Shown here in pieces: positions 1-10,049 of a stretch of DNA of 20,311 nt (position 1 is the stretch's first letter; each line of letters begins with the position of its first letter). A program made the translations under genes and the position numbers. The stretch lies in the NCBI RefSeq assembly GCF_003334335.1, contig NZ_QOWQ01000053.1; one strand, written 5' to 3'. Under the pieces are notes generated by a model that worked only from the letters and a program-made list of their open reading frames with translations, had not been told where the DNA came from and did not search any database. Source of the DNA: Escherichia coli. GTDB lineage: Bacteria > Pseudomonadota > Gammaproteobacteria > Enterobacterales > Enterobacteriaceae.

Positions 1-126
1 AGTTATCGTGAGAGTAATTCATCGGCACGTTAAATCATATCAGGCGTAATACCACAACCCTTAAGTTAGCGCTTATGAGTAGTCTCCCCTCCCTGGCTTT
101 CGAAAAAGAAAAAATCGCCGATTCCG

Positions 127-2352
127 GTGCTGGATTTAGCGCCATTAGGCATTGAGCCAATCTGTTATCTGACAGAAGAAATCAGTAATCAACTTTTGGC
201 GAAATATATCTGGTATTCAAAACACATCACGGTTAGCCATGAAGAAAGTACTACCAACCTGTTGGCAAGGATGGGTTTTCAACGACGGATCGCTGGTACA
301 TGTATTAAAGCTCCCGAAGCGGTAGTTGAGGCATGGCTAAATGAAGATTATTCAACCTTACTAAGTGAATTTAAGGTGTTTCATTCACCTACCGGGCATT
401 ATTGGCAGTTGGGGATTTTGACAACATTGCCGCTGGAGAAAGCAGTAAAAGCATGGAATGCCCTTACCCTATCTCCACATACCGATACCGAATACGCCAT
501 GTTACATTTTGGACTCAAAGGGTTACCTGGGTTAGTAAACTCACTTGCACGCTATCCACAAGAAGCCTTGCCCATCACGAATTACTTCGCAGCGAGTGAG
601 CTGGCTCCTGCCGTCGCCCGTGCCTTCAACAAACTGAAAACGCTACGCGAAAACGCCCGTAGCTGGCTGTTGAAATACCCGGAACATGCCCTTACCGGCC
701 TGCTGCCTGCGGCGCTCGGCAAAGCCGGTGAAGCACAGGATAACGCCCGCGCTGCCTTGCGTATGCTTACCGAAAACGGTCATCAGCCATTACTGCAAGA
801 AATCGCCCGACGTTATAACCAGCCGGAAGTAACCGATGCGGTGAACGCTCTGCTTGCGCTCGATCCCTTAGATAATCACCCGACAAAAATCCCCACTCTT
901 CCGGCCTTTTATCAGCCATCGCTCTGGACGCGCCCGGTATTAAAAGCAAATGCCCAATCACTGCCAGATAGCGCCCTCCTCCACCTCGGTGAAATGCTCC
1001 GCTTCCCTCAGGAAGAGGCTCTGTATCCGGGATTATTGCAGGTGAAAGACGTCTGTTCCGCCGACTCACTGGCGGGATTTGCCTGGGATCTGTTTACCGC
1101 CTGGCAGACCGCTGGCGCGCCGTCGAAAGAGAGTTGGGCGTTCACTGCGTTAGGCGTTCTCGGTAACGATGACACCGCCCGCAAACTGACGCCATTAATA
1201 CGCGCCTGGCCTGGTGAATCCCAGCATAAACGCGCCACCGTTGGGTTGGATATTCTCGCTGCTATCGGTAGTGATATCGCCCTTATGCAGCTTAACGGCA
1301 TCGCCCAGAAACTGAAATTCAAAGCATTACAGGAGCGGGCAAAAGAAAAAATTGCCGACATTGCCGAGAGCCGCGAACTCACGGTGGCGGAGCTTGAAGA
1401 TCGGTTAGCACCGGATCTCGGTCTGGATGATAACGGTTCGCTGCTGCTGGATTTTGGCCCACGGCAGTTCACCGTCAGCTTTGATGAAACCTTAAAACCG
1501 TTTGTGCGTGATGTTTCCGGCAGCCGCCTGAAAGACCTGCCCAAACCGAACAAAAGCGATGATGAAACGCGGGCGAACGATGCGGTTAACCGCTACAAAT
1601 TGCTGAAAAAAGATGCGCGTACCATCGCCGCCCAGCAGGTAGCAAGGCTGGAATCCGCCATGTGCCTGCGCCGCCGCTGGTCGCTGGAAAACTTCCAGCT
1701 CTTCCTGGTTGAGCATCCGCTGGTTCGTCACTTAACCCGCCGTCTGATTTGGGGCGTTTATAGCGCCGAAAACCAGCTACTGGCTTGCTTTCGCGTAGCA
1801 GAAGATAACAGCTACAGCACCGCTGACGATGATCTTTTCACCCTGCCGGAAGGCGATATCTCTATCGGCACTCCTCACGTTCTGGAAATATCACCAACGG
1901 ATGCTGCCGCCTTTGGTCAGCTTTTTGCCGACTACGAACTGCTACCACCGTTCCGCCAGCTCGACCGTAACAGCTACGCCCTGACAGAAGCCGAGCGCAA
2001 TGCCAGTGAACTGACCCGCTGGGCAGGCAGAAAATGCCCGAGTGGTCGGGTCATGGGGCTGGCGAATAAAGGCTGGATAAAGGGCGAACCACAGGATGGA
2101 GGCTGGATCGGATGGATGATCAAACCTTTGGGTCGCTGGTCGTTAATCATGGAAATCGACGAAGGTTTTGCGGTGGGTATGTCACCAGCCGAACTTAGCG
2201 CTGAGCAGCTCTTAAGCAAGCTGTGGTTATGGGAAGGCAAAGCGGAAAGCTATGGCTGGGGGAGTAATTCAACACAGGAAGCGCAGTTCTCCGTACTCGA
2301 TGCCATCACCGCCAGCGAGCTAATTAACGATATTGAAGCCCTGTTTGAATAA
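127..2352 (+). CDS. molR: Large DUF4132-family protein, tandem paralog of YehI (MolR/YehH-like); possibly the 3' part of a disrupted longer gene
   Basis: Open 741-codon frame from GTG at 127 to TAA at 2350-2352. Its C-terminal half aligns motif for motif with the C-terminal half of the next ORF (GEMLRF, FAWDLFTAWQ.AGAP, DFGPRQFTV.FDE, RRWSL, FADYE..PPFRQL). All three plus-strand frames contain stops within positions 1-80, so no longer upstream frame is continuous here. Gene symbol is from recall of K-12 gene order. Confidence 0.65.
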   Translation: MLDLAPLGIEPICYLTEEISNQLLAKYIWYSKHITVSHEESTTNLLARMGFQRRIAGTCIKAPEAVVEAWLNEDYSTLLSEFKVFHSPTGHYWQLGILTTLPLEKAVKAWNALTLSPHTDTEYAMLHFGLKGLPGLVNSLARYPQEALPITNYFAASELAPAVARAFNKLKTLRENARSWLLKYPEHALTGLLPAALGKAGEAQDNARAALRMLTENGHQPLLQEIARRYNQPEVTDAVNALLALDPLDNHPTKIPTLPAFYQPSLWTRPVLKANAQSLPDSALLHLGEMLRFPQEEALYPGLLQVKDVCSADSLAGFAWDLFTAWQTAGAPSKESWAFTALGVLGNDDTARKLTPLIRAWPGESQHKRATVGLDILAAIGSDIALMQLNGIAQKLKFKALQERAKEKIADIAESRELTVAELEDRLAPDLGLDDNGSLLLDFGPRQFTVSFDETLKPFVRDVSGSRLKDLPKPNKSDDETRANDAVNRYKLLKKDARTIAAQQVARLESAMCLRRRWSLENFQLFLVEHPLVRHLTRRLIWGVYSAENQLLACFRVAEDNSYSTADDDLFTLPEGDISIGTPHVLEISPTDAAAFGQLFADYELLPPFRQLDRNSYALTEAERNASELTRWAGRKCPSGRVMGLANKGWIKGEPQDGGWIGWMIKPLGRWSLIMEIDEGFAVGMSPAELSAEQLLSKLWLWEGKAESYGWGSNSTQEAQFSVLDAITASELINDIEALFE

Positions 2353-2361
2353 GGAAAGAGC

Positions 2362-5300
2362 ATGGACAAGGAATTACCGTGGCTGGCGGATAACGCCCAA
2401 CTGGAACTGAAATATAAAAAAGGCAAAACACCACTCAGTCATCGCAAATGGCCGGGCGAACCGGTGCCTGTTATCACTGAAAGCATCATTCAGACACTGG
2501 GTGATAAATTGCTACAAAAAGCTGAGAAGAAAAAAAACATTGTCTGGCGTTATGAAAATTTTTCACTGGAGTGGCAGTCCGCCATCACGCAGGCCATCAA
2601 CTTGATCGGCGAACACAAACCCTCAATCCCGGCCCGGACAATGGCGGCGCTAGTCTGTATCGCGCAAAATGACAGCCAACAGTTGCTCGACGAAATCGTC
2701 CAACAAGAGGGACTGGAATATGCGACTGAGGTGGTGATTGCACGCCAGTTTATTACACGATGTTATGAGAGTGATCCTCTGCTAGTGACATTGCAGTATC
2801 AGGACGAGGATTATGGCTATGGTTATCGCTCAGAAACCTATAACGAATTCGATCTCCGACTGCGTAAGCATCTCTCTCTGGCAGAGGAAAGCAGCTGGCA
2901 GCGTTGCGCCGACAAACTCATTGCCGCACTGCCAGGAATACCCAAAATTCGCCGTCCTTTTATTGCACTACTCCTCCCGGAAAAACCTGAAATAGCCAAT
3001 GAACTCGCCAGTCTTGAAAGCTCCCGGTCAAGTCTCCATTCAAAGGAGTGGTTAAAGGTCATTGCTACTGATAATACGGCGGTAAAAAAACTCGAACGAT
3101 ACTGGGGCCTGGACGTATTTAGCGATCGCGAAGCCAGCTACATGTCACAAGAAAACCGCTTCGGCTACGCGGCCTGCGCCTCCCTTTTGCGCGAACAAGG
3201 ACTGGCAGCCGTTCCGCGCCTGGCAATGTATGCCCATAAAGAAGATTGCGGCAGTCTGCTGGTACAAATTAACCATCCGCAAGTCATCCGCACCTTGCTA
3301 CTGGTGGCTGATAAAAACAAACCCAGCCTGCAACGTGTGGCTAAATACAGTAAAAACTTCCCCCACGCGACGCTCGCCGCACTGGCAGAACTGCTGGCGT
3401 TAAAAGAACCACCAGCCCGCCCAGGTTATCCAATCATCGAAGACAAAAAGCTGCCTGCACAGCAAAAAGCACGCGATGAATACTGGCGTACGCTGTTACA
3501 AACGCTGATGGCATCGCAGCCACAACTGGCAGCAGAAGTGATGCCGTGGTTAAGTACTCAAGCCAGGGCAGTGCTGAATAGTTATTTATCGGCACCGCCA
3601 AAACCGGTTATTGATAGCACCGATAACAGCAGTCTGCCTGAAATGCTCGTTTCACCACCGTGGCGTAGTAAGAAAAAAATGACAGCTCCACGTCTTGATT
3701 TGGCACCGCTCGAATTAACTCCGCAAATTTACTGGCAACCAGGCGAACAAGAGAGGCTTGCCGCCACTGAATCTGCCCGTTATTTCAGCACGGAATCTCT
3801 TGCGGAACGCATGGAACAAAAAAGTGGACGAGTTGTATTACAGGAACTGGGTTTTGGGGATGATGTATGGCTGTTTCTGAATTATATACTCCCCGGAAAA
3901 CTGGATGCTGCACGCAATTCACTCATTGTTCAGTGGCATTACTACCAGGGGCGGGTTGAAGAGATCCTGAATGGCTGGAACTCCCCGCAAGCACAATTAG
4001 CAGAACAGGCGCTCCGCAGCGGTCACATAGAAGCGTTAATTAACATATGGGAAAATGACAACTTCTCACGTTATCGTCCGGAAAAGAGTGTCTGGAACCT
4101 GTATTTATTGGCACAGTTGCCGCGTGAGATGGCTTTGACCTTCTGGCTGCGTATCATTGAGAAAAAGCATCTGTTCGCGGGTGAGGACTATTTTCTCAGT
4201 ATCCTCGGATTGGATGCGCTACCAGGTCTGCTGTTGGCTTTTTCACATCGTCCAAAAGAAACATTTCCGTTAATTTTAAATTTTGGCGCAACAGAACTGG
4301 CGCTGCCTGTTGCCCGCGTCTGGCGACGTTTCGCGGCGCAGCGTGATCTGGCTCGCCAGTGGATTTTACAATGGCCGGAACATACGGCTAGTGCACTTAT
4401 CCCTCTTGTCTTTACCAAACCCAGCGATAATAGCGAAGCCGCATTACTTGCCCTGCGTTTACTGTACGAACAGGGACATGGCGAATTGCTACAAACCGTG
4501 GCAAACCGCTGGCAGCGTACAGATGTATGGTCTGCCCTGGAGCAGTTGCTTAAACAGGGTCCAATGGACATTTACCCGGCACGCATTCCAAAAGCCCCTG
4601 ATTTCTGGCATCCGGCAATGTGGTCCAGGCCTCGACTTATCACTAATAATCAGCCTGTTACCGGTGACGCTCTGGAAATTATCGGCGAAATGCTGCGCTT
4701 TACCCAGGGGGGACGTTTTTATAGCGGGCTGGAACAACTGAAAACGTTCTGCCAGCCACAAACGCTGGCAGCTTTTGCCTGGGATCTCTTCACTGCGTGG
4801 CAACAAGCTGGTGCCCCCGCAAAAGACAACTGGGCATTTCTGGCGTTAAGTCTCTTTGGTGACGAAAGCACGGCACGGGATCTGACGACACAGATCCTCG
4901 CCTGGCCACAAGAAGGCAAATCTGCCCGTGCTGTCAGCGGCCTGAACATCCTTACCCTGATGAATAATGATATGGCGCTGATACAGCTGCATCATATATC
5001 GCAACGGGCTAAATCCCGCCCCTTACGTGATAACGCGGCGGAATTTCTTCAGGTGGTCGCAGAAAATCGCGGGCTAAGCCAGGAAGAGCTAGCGGACAGA
5101 TTAGTCCCAACCCTGGGCCTTGATGATCCGCAGGCGTTGAGTTTTGATTTTGGTCCCCGGCAGTTTACCGTTCGCTTCGATGAAAACCTCAACCCGGTTA
5201 TCTTTGATCAGCAAAACGTTCGCCAGAAAAGCGTTCCCCGGTTGCGCGCCGATGACGATCAACTGAAAGCGCCCGAGGCACTGGCCCGACTAAAAGGGCT

Positions 5301-5985
5301 AAAAAAAGATGCTACTCAGGTGAGCAAAAACCTGCTCCCGCGTCTTGAAGCTGCCCTACGTACCACCCGACGCTGGTCGCTGGCAGATTTTCATTCTCTG
5401 TTTGTTAATCATCCCTTTACCCGTCTGGTTACCCAGCGATTAATATGGGTGGTTTATCCGGCAAATGAACCGCGTTGTTTACTCAAAGCCTTTCGTGTGG
5501 CCGCAGAGGGGGAGTTCTGCAATGCGCAAGATGAGCCAATTGACCTGCCTGCGGACGCTCTGATTGGCATTGCCCACCCGTTAGAAATGACAGTAGAAAT
5601 GCGCAGTGAATTTGCACAGCTTTTTGCCGATTACGAAATTATGCCGCCTTTTCGCCAGTTGTCGCGCCGCACGGTGCTGCTCACACCTGACGAGTCAACC
5701 AGTAACAGCCTGACTCGCTGGGAAGGTAAATCCGCTACCGTTGGGCAGCTTATGGGAATGCGATACAAAGGCTGGGAGTCAGGCTATGAGGACGCATTTG
5801 TGGGCGAGTACCGGCTGGTCCTTAAGTTTTCACCCGGTTTTAACCACTACAATGTTGATAGCAAAGCGTTAATGAGCTTCCGTTCTCTTCGAGTGTACCG
5901 TGACAATAAATCCGTCACTTTTGCCGAACTTGATGTGTTTGATTTGAGTGAGGTGTTAAGCGCACCTGACGTCATTTTCCATTAA
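2362..5985 (+). CDS. yehI: Large DUF4132-family protein YehI (1207 aa), function unknown
   Basis: ATG at 2362 lies 9 nt after the upstream stop and is preceded by AAGGAAAGAG (RBS). Long uninterrupted frame; size and sequence match my recollection of E. coli YehI; paralogous to the upstream ORF. Confidence 0.85.
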   Translation: MDKELPWLADNAQLELKYKKGKTPLSHRKWPGEPVPVITESIIQTLGDKLLQKAEKKKNIVWRYENFSLEWQSAITQAINLIGEHKPSIPARTMAALVCIAQNDSQQLLDEIVQQEGLEYATEVVIARQFITRCYESDPLLVTLQYQDEDYGYGYRSETYNEFDLRLRKHLSLAEESSWQRCADKLIAALPGIPKIRRPFIALLLPEKPEIANELASLESSRSSLHSKEWLKVIATDNTAVKKLERYWGLDVFSDREASYMSQENRFGYAACASLLREQGLAAVPRLAMYAHKEDCGSLLVQINHPQVIRTLLLVADKNKPSLQRVAKYSKNFPHATLAALAELLALKEPPARPGYPIIEDKKLPAQQKARDEYWRTLLQTLMASQPQLAAEVMPWLSTQARAVLNSYLSAPPKPVIDSTDNSSLPEMLVSPPWRSKKKMTAPRLDLAPLELTPQIYWQPGEQERLAATESARYFSTESLAERMEQKSGRVVLQELGFGDDVWLFLNYILPGKLDAARNSLIVQWHYYQGRVEEILNGWNSPQAQLAEQALRSGHIEALINIWENDNFSRYRPEKSVWNLYLLAQLPREMALTFWLRIIEKKHLFAGEDYFLSILGLDALPGLLLAFSHRPKETFPLILNFGATELALPVARVWRRFAAQRDLARQWILQWPEHTASALIPLVFTKPSDNSEAALLALRLLYEQGHGELLQTVANRWQRTDVWSALEQLLKQGPMDIYPARIPKAPDFWHPAMWSRPRLITNNQPVTGDALEIIGEMLRFTQGGRFYSGLEQLKTFCQPQTLAAFAWDLFTAWQQAGAPAKDNWAFLALSLFGDESTARDLTTQILAWPQEGKSARAVSGLNILTLMNNDMALIQLHHISQRAKSRPLRDNAAEFLQVVAENRGLSQEELADRLVPTLGLDDPQALSFDFGPRQFTVRFDENLNPVIFDQQNVRQKSVPRLRADDDQLKAPEALARLKGLKKDATQVSKNLLPRLEAALRTTRRWSLADFHSLFVNHPFTRLVTQRLIWVVYPANEPRCLLKAFRVAAEGEFCNAQDEPIDLPADALIGIAHPLEMTVEMRSEFAQLFADYEIMPPFRQLSRRTVLLTPDESTSNSLTRWEGKSATVGQLMGMRYKGWESGYEDAFVGEYRLVLKFSPGFNHYNVDSKALMSFRSLRVYRDNKSVTFAELDVFDLSEVLSAPDVIFH

Positions 5986-6046
5986 AAACACAGCGGGCAG
6001 TGATGCAACTGCCCGTTATCAACACGACTTACCAGCGGGGAAAGCG

Positions 6047-6364
6047 ATGATCGTGCAAAAAGAGCTGGTTGCTATTTACGATTATGAGGTCCCTGTACCT
6101 GAAAATCCGTTTTCCTTCAGACTTGAGATCAATAAATGCTCTGAATTATTTACAGGTTCCGTCTATCGACTGGAGCGATTCCGGCTACGTCCAACATTTC
6201 ATCAACGTGATCGAGAAGATGCTGACCCGCTAATAAATGATGCGTTGATTTATATAAGAGATGAGTGTATTGATGAGCGGAAATTACGAGGTGAATCACC
6301 TGAAACTGTAATAGCAATTTTTAATCGTGAACTACAGAATATATTCAACCAAGAAATAGAATAA
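6047..6364 (+). CDS. yehK: Small protein YehK (105 aa), function unknown
   Basis: ATG at 6047 preceded by GGGGA 6 nt upstream. 105-codon ORF that is visibly more AT-rich than its flanking genes. Followed by an intrinsic terminator. Confidence 0.7.
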   Translation: MIVQKELVAIYDYEVPVPENPFSFRLEINKCSELFTGSVYRLERFRLRPTFHQRDREDADPLINDALIYIRDECIDERKLRGESPETVIAIFNRELQNIFNQEIE

Positions 6365-6533
6365 TATACTCTAAATAATTCAAATTGGTCCGATCCGGCG
6401 CAACGTCCCAATGGCCTGGATTATAAATCTCATTATCTTAATTGCAACGGGGTCCAGCCGTGGTTATAATTCGTTCGTTGGAACACGATGTTGCACAGGC
6501 TGCGGTGTTGGGCCTGAAAATAGTAAATAAAAG

Positions 6534-6559
6534 AACCTGCCTCACCAGCAGGTTTTTTT
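6534..6559 (+). terminator. Rho-independent terminator after yehK
   Basis: Stem AACCTGC (6534-6540), loop CTCACCA, stem GCAGGTT (6548-6554), then a T-run (TTTTTTTATTT). An A-rich tract (AAATAAAAG) lies upstream, so it could act in both directions. Confidence 0.7.
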
Positions 6560-6670
6560 ATTTACTGTGATCTGCTTTCCAGATATTTTCCGCTCAAACA
6601 ACTAATGCGCCAAACATTTATTGCGCGTAAAATATCGTTTATTTCATTAATACATTTCAGGGATGAATAT

Positions 6671-7759
6671 ATGTCACCGCAGAATAATCATCTGCAGCGT
6701 CCGCCTGCTGCTGTGTTATACGCCGATGAACTGGCAAAATTAAAACAAAATGATAACGCACCTTGCCCGCCCGGTTGGCAGTTAAGTTTGCCTGCGGCCC
6801 GTGCTTTTATCCTTGGCGATAGCGCGCAAAATATTAGCCGTAAAGTGGTGATTAGTCCCTCCGCTGTCGAACGCATGTTAGTCACTCTTGCCACCGGGCG
6901 CGGTTTGATGTTGGTGGGGGAACCTGGCACCGCAAAATCTCTCCTGTCTGAATTACTGGCAACCGCTATTAGCGGCGATGCCGGGTTAACCATCCAGGGC
7001 GGCGCATCTACTACCGAAGATCAAATCAAGTACGGCTGGAACTACGCCCTGCTTATCAATCATGGTCCATCAACGGAAGCGCTGGTCCCTGCCCCGCTTT
7101 ACCAGGGAATGCGCGACGGCAAAATCGTCCGTTTTGAAGAGATAACGCGTACACCGCTGGAAGTGCAAGACTGTCTGTTAGGTATGCTTTCTGACAGGGT
7201 GATGACGGTGCCGGAACTCACTGGTGAAGCCAGTCAGCTCTATGCGCGAGAAGGCTTTAATATTATTGCCACTGCCAATACCCGCGATCGCGGCGTCAAT
7301 GAAATGAGTGCTGCGCTAAAGCGTCGCTTCGATTTTGAAACTGTCTTTCCGATTATGGATTTCGCCCAGGAGCTGGAGCTTGTCGCCAGTGCTTCGGCGC
7401 GTTTGCTGGCCCATAGCGGTATTCCGCATAAAGTGCCTGACGCGGTACTGGAGTTACTGGTCCGCACCTTCCGCGATCTGCGTGCCAACGGCGAAAAGAA
7501 AACGTCAATGGATACACTAACAGCGATTATGTCCACCGCTGAAGCCGTGAACGTGGCCCACGCCGTAGGCGTCCGCGCCTGGTTTTTAGCGAATCGCGCA
7601 GGTGAGCCAGCCGACCTGGTGGACTGCATTGCCGGAACCATCGTCAAAGATAACGAAGAAGATCGCGCTCGTCTGCGCCGTTACTTCGAACAACGAGTCG
7701 CCACACATAAAGAAGCTCACTGGCAGGCTTATTATCAAGCCCGCCACCGCCTGCCGTGA
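6671..7759 (+). CDS. yehL: MoxR-type AAA+ ATPase YehL (362 aa)
   Basis: Walker A GEPGTAKS and a Walker B-like hhhhFEE (IVRFEEITR) are present. ATG at 6671 preceded by AGGGA. The ORF-track start at 6605 has no RBS and would add 22 residues. Confidence 0.85.
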   Translation: MSPQNNHLQRPPAAVLYADELAKLKQNDNAPCPPGWQLSLPAARAFILGDSAQNISRKVVISPSAVERMLVTLATGRGLMLVGEPGTAKSLLSELLATAISGDAGLTIQGGASTTEDQIKYGWNYALLINHGPSTEALVPAPLYQGMRDGKIVRFEEITRTPLEVQDCLLGMLSDRVMTVPELTGEASQLYAREGFNIIATANTRDRGVNEMSAALKRRFDFETVFPIMDFAQELELVASASARLLAHSGIPHKVPDAVLELLVRTFRDLRANGEKKTSMDTLTAIMSTAEAVNVAHAVGVRAWFLANRAGEPADLVDCIAGTIVKDNEEDRARLRRYFEQRVATHKEAHWQAYYQARHRLP

Positions 7760-7769
7760 GGAAAGATGC

Positions 7770-10049
7770 ATGAGCGAGCCGTTAATTGTCGGCATCCGGC
7801 ATCATAGTCCGGCCTGCGCCCGGCTGGTGAAATCGTTAATCGAAAGCCAGCGGCCACGATACGTATTGATTGAAGGCCCGGCTGATTTTAATGACCGGGT
7901 AGACGAACTGTTTTTAGCCCACCAGCTTCCGGTAGCTATTTACAGTTATTGCCAGTATCAGGACGGTGCAGCCCCCGGGCGTGGTGCCTGGACGCCATTT
8001 GCTGAATTTTCGCCGGAGTGGCAGGCGCTACAAGCCGCACGTCGTATTCAGGCACAAACTTACTTCATCGATTTGCCTTGCTGGGCGCAGAGTGAAGAAG
8101 TGGACGATTCGCCTGATACGCAAGAGGAAAGCCAGGCCTTGCTGCTGCGTGCCACCTGCATGGATAACAGCGACACCCTGTGGGATCACTTGTTCGAAGA
8201 TGAAAGCCAGCAAACTGCATTACCCTCTGCACTGGCGCACTATTTTGCCCAACTGCGGGGCGACTCCCCCGGAGATGCTCTCAATCGTCTGCGCGAAGCC
8301 TTTATGGCCCGCTGGATTGGATGGGCGATGCAGCAAAATAATGGCGACGTGTTAGTTGTCTGCGGTGGCTGGCACGCTCCGGTACTGGCAAAAATGTGGC
8401 GCGAATGCCCGCAGGAAATTAACACGCCAGAATTGCCGTCGCTGGCAGATGCCGTTACAGGTTGTTATCTCACCCCCTACAGTGAAAAGCGCCTTGATGT
8501 GCTGGCAGGATACCTTTCCGGAATGCCTGCCCCGGTCTGGCAAAACTGGTGCTGGCAGTGGGGCTTACAGCAGGCGGGAGAACAACTGCTAAAAACGGTT
8601 CTCACCCGTTTGCGCCAGCACAAGTTGCCTGCTTCGACCGCGGATATGGCTGCCGCTCATCTGCATGCGATGGCACTGGCACAGTTGCGCGGTCATACAC
8701 TACCGTTACGCACTGACTGGCTGGATGCCATAGCAGGATCGCTGATTAAAGAAGCCCTGAATGCGCCGTTGCCGTGGAGCTATCGCGGCGTTATTCATCC
8801 CGACACCGATCCGATTCTGCTAACGTTGATAGACACATTAGCGGGTGACGGATTCGGTAAACTTGCCCCTTCTACGCCACAACCTCCTCTGCCAAAAGAT
8901 GTCACCTGCGAACTGGAACGTACCGCAATCTCCCTTCCGGCGGAGCTTACCTTAAATCGCTTTAACCCCAATGGACTAGCGCAAAGTCAGGTGTTACATC
9001 GGCTGGCAATACTGGAGATCCCAGGGATTGTGCGCCAGCAGGGAAGCACACTGACACTTGCAGGCAACGGTGAAGAACACTGGAAATTAACCCGCCCGCT
9101 TAGCCAGCATGCGGCATTGATTGAGGCCGCCTGCTTTGGTGCCACACTCCAGGAAGCCGCACGCCATAAATTAGAAGCCGATATGCTGGACGCGGGTGGA
9201 ATCGGCAGTATCACCACATGTCTTAGCCAGGCGGCGTTAGCGGGTCTGGCGTCCTTCAGTCAACAATTACTGGAGCAACTCACATTATTAATCGCCCAGG
9301 AAAATCAATTTGCCGAAATGGGCCAGGCGCTGGAAGTGCTATATGCCTTATGGCGGCTGGATGAAATTAGCGGTATGCAAGGCGCGCAGATATTACAAAC
9401 GACGTTATGCGCGGCTATCGATCGCACGCTGTGGCTGTGTGAATCTAACGGCAGACCGGATGAAAAGGAGTTTCACGCTCACCTGCATAGCTGGCAAGCG
9501 CTTTGCCATATTCTGCGCGATCTACATAGCGGCGTTAATTTATCCGGCGTTTCGCTTTCTGCGGCGGTAGCCTTACTGGAGCGACGCAGTCAGGCGATTC
9601 ATGCCCCGGCGCTGGATCGCGGCGCGGTTCTTGGCGCACTAATGCGTCTGGAACATCCCAACGCCAGTGCCGAAGCGGCGCTGACGATGCTGGCGCAGTT
9701 ATCCCCGGCACAATCCGGCGAGGCGCTGCACGGTTTGCTGGCATTAGCCCGTCATCAACTGGCCTGTCAGCCGGCATTTATCGCCGGTTTCAGCAGTCAT
9801 TTAAATCAACTAAGTGATGCCGATTTTACCAATGCCCTGCCCGATTTACGCGCGGCAATGGCCTGGCTACCGCCACGAGAACGCGGGACGCTGGCGCATC
9901 AGGTGCTTGAGCATTATCAACTGGCGCAACTTCCCGTTTCGGCACTGCAAATGCCGTTGCATTGTCCACCGCAAGCCATTGCACATCATCAACAACTCGA
10001 ACAGCAGGCACTGGCATCGCTGCAACACTGGGGAGTTTTCCATGTCTGA
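7770..10049 (+). CDS. yehM: YehM, large protein (759 aa) of unknown function
   Basis: ATG at 7770 is 10 nt after the yehL stop, with GAGGA immediately upstream. The ORF-track start at 7602 would overlap yehL by 158 nt. The stop overlaps the yehP start (ATGTCTGA). Confidence 0.8.
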   Translation: MSEPLIVGIRHHSPACARLVKSLIESQRPRYVLIEGPADFNDRVDELFLAHQLPVAIYSYCQYQDGAAPGRGAWTPFAEFSPEWQALQAARRIQAQTYFIDLPCWAQSEEVDDSPDTQEESQALLLRATCMDNSDTLWDHLFEDESQQTALPSALAHYFAQLRGDSPGDALNRLREAFMARWIGWAMQQNNGDVLVVCGGWHAPVLAKMWRECPQEINTPELPSLADAVTGCYLTPYSEKRLDVLAGYLSGMPAPVWQNWCWQWGLQQAGEQLLKTVLTRLRQHKLPASTADMAAAHLHAMALAQLRGHTLPLRTDWLDAIAGSLIKEALNAPLPWSYRGVIHPDTDPILLTLIDTLAGDGFGKLAPSTPQPPLPKDVTCELERTAISLPAELTLNRFNPNGLAQSQVLHRLAILEIPGIVRQQGSTLTLAGNGEEHWKLTRPLSQHAALIEAACFGATLQEAARHKLEADMLDAGGIGSITTCLSQAALAGLASFSQQLLEQLTLLIAQENQFAEMGQALEVLYALWRLDEISGMQGAQILQTTLCAAIDRTLWLCESNGRPDEKEFHAHLHSWQALCHILRDLHSGVNLSGVSLSAAVALLERRSQAIHAPALDRGAVLGALMRLEHPNASAEAALTMLAQLSPAQSGEALHGLLALARHQLACQPAFIAGFSSHLNQLSDADFTNALPDLRAAMAWLPPRERGTLAHQVLEHYQLAQLPVSALQMPLHCPPQAIAHHQQLEQQALASLQHWGVFHV

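Noticed and set aside
402-5000. Numerous short ORFs (60-180 aa) in alternative frames or antisense inside the molR-like gene and yehI (e.g. 402-599, 767-1069, 1008-1553, 4188-4571, 4283-4741)
   Set aside because: Fully nested within long ORFs that have strong family-level support. They lack RBS context and their translations are low-complexity Arg/Ser/Ala-rich strings typical of off-frame reading of GC-rich coding DNA.
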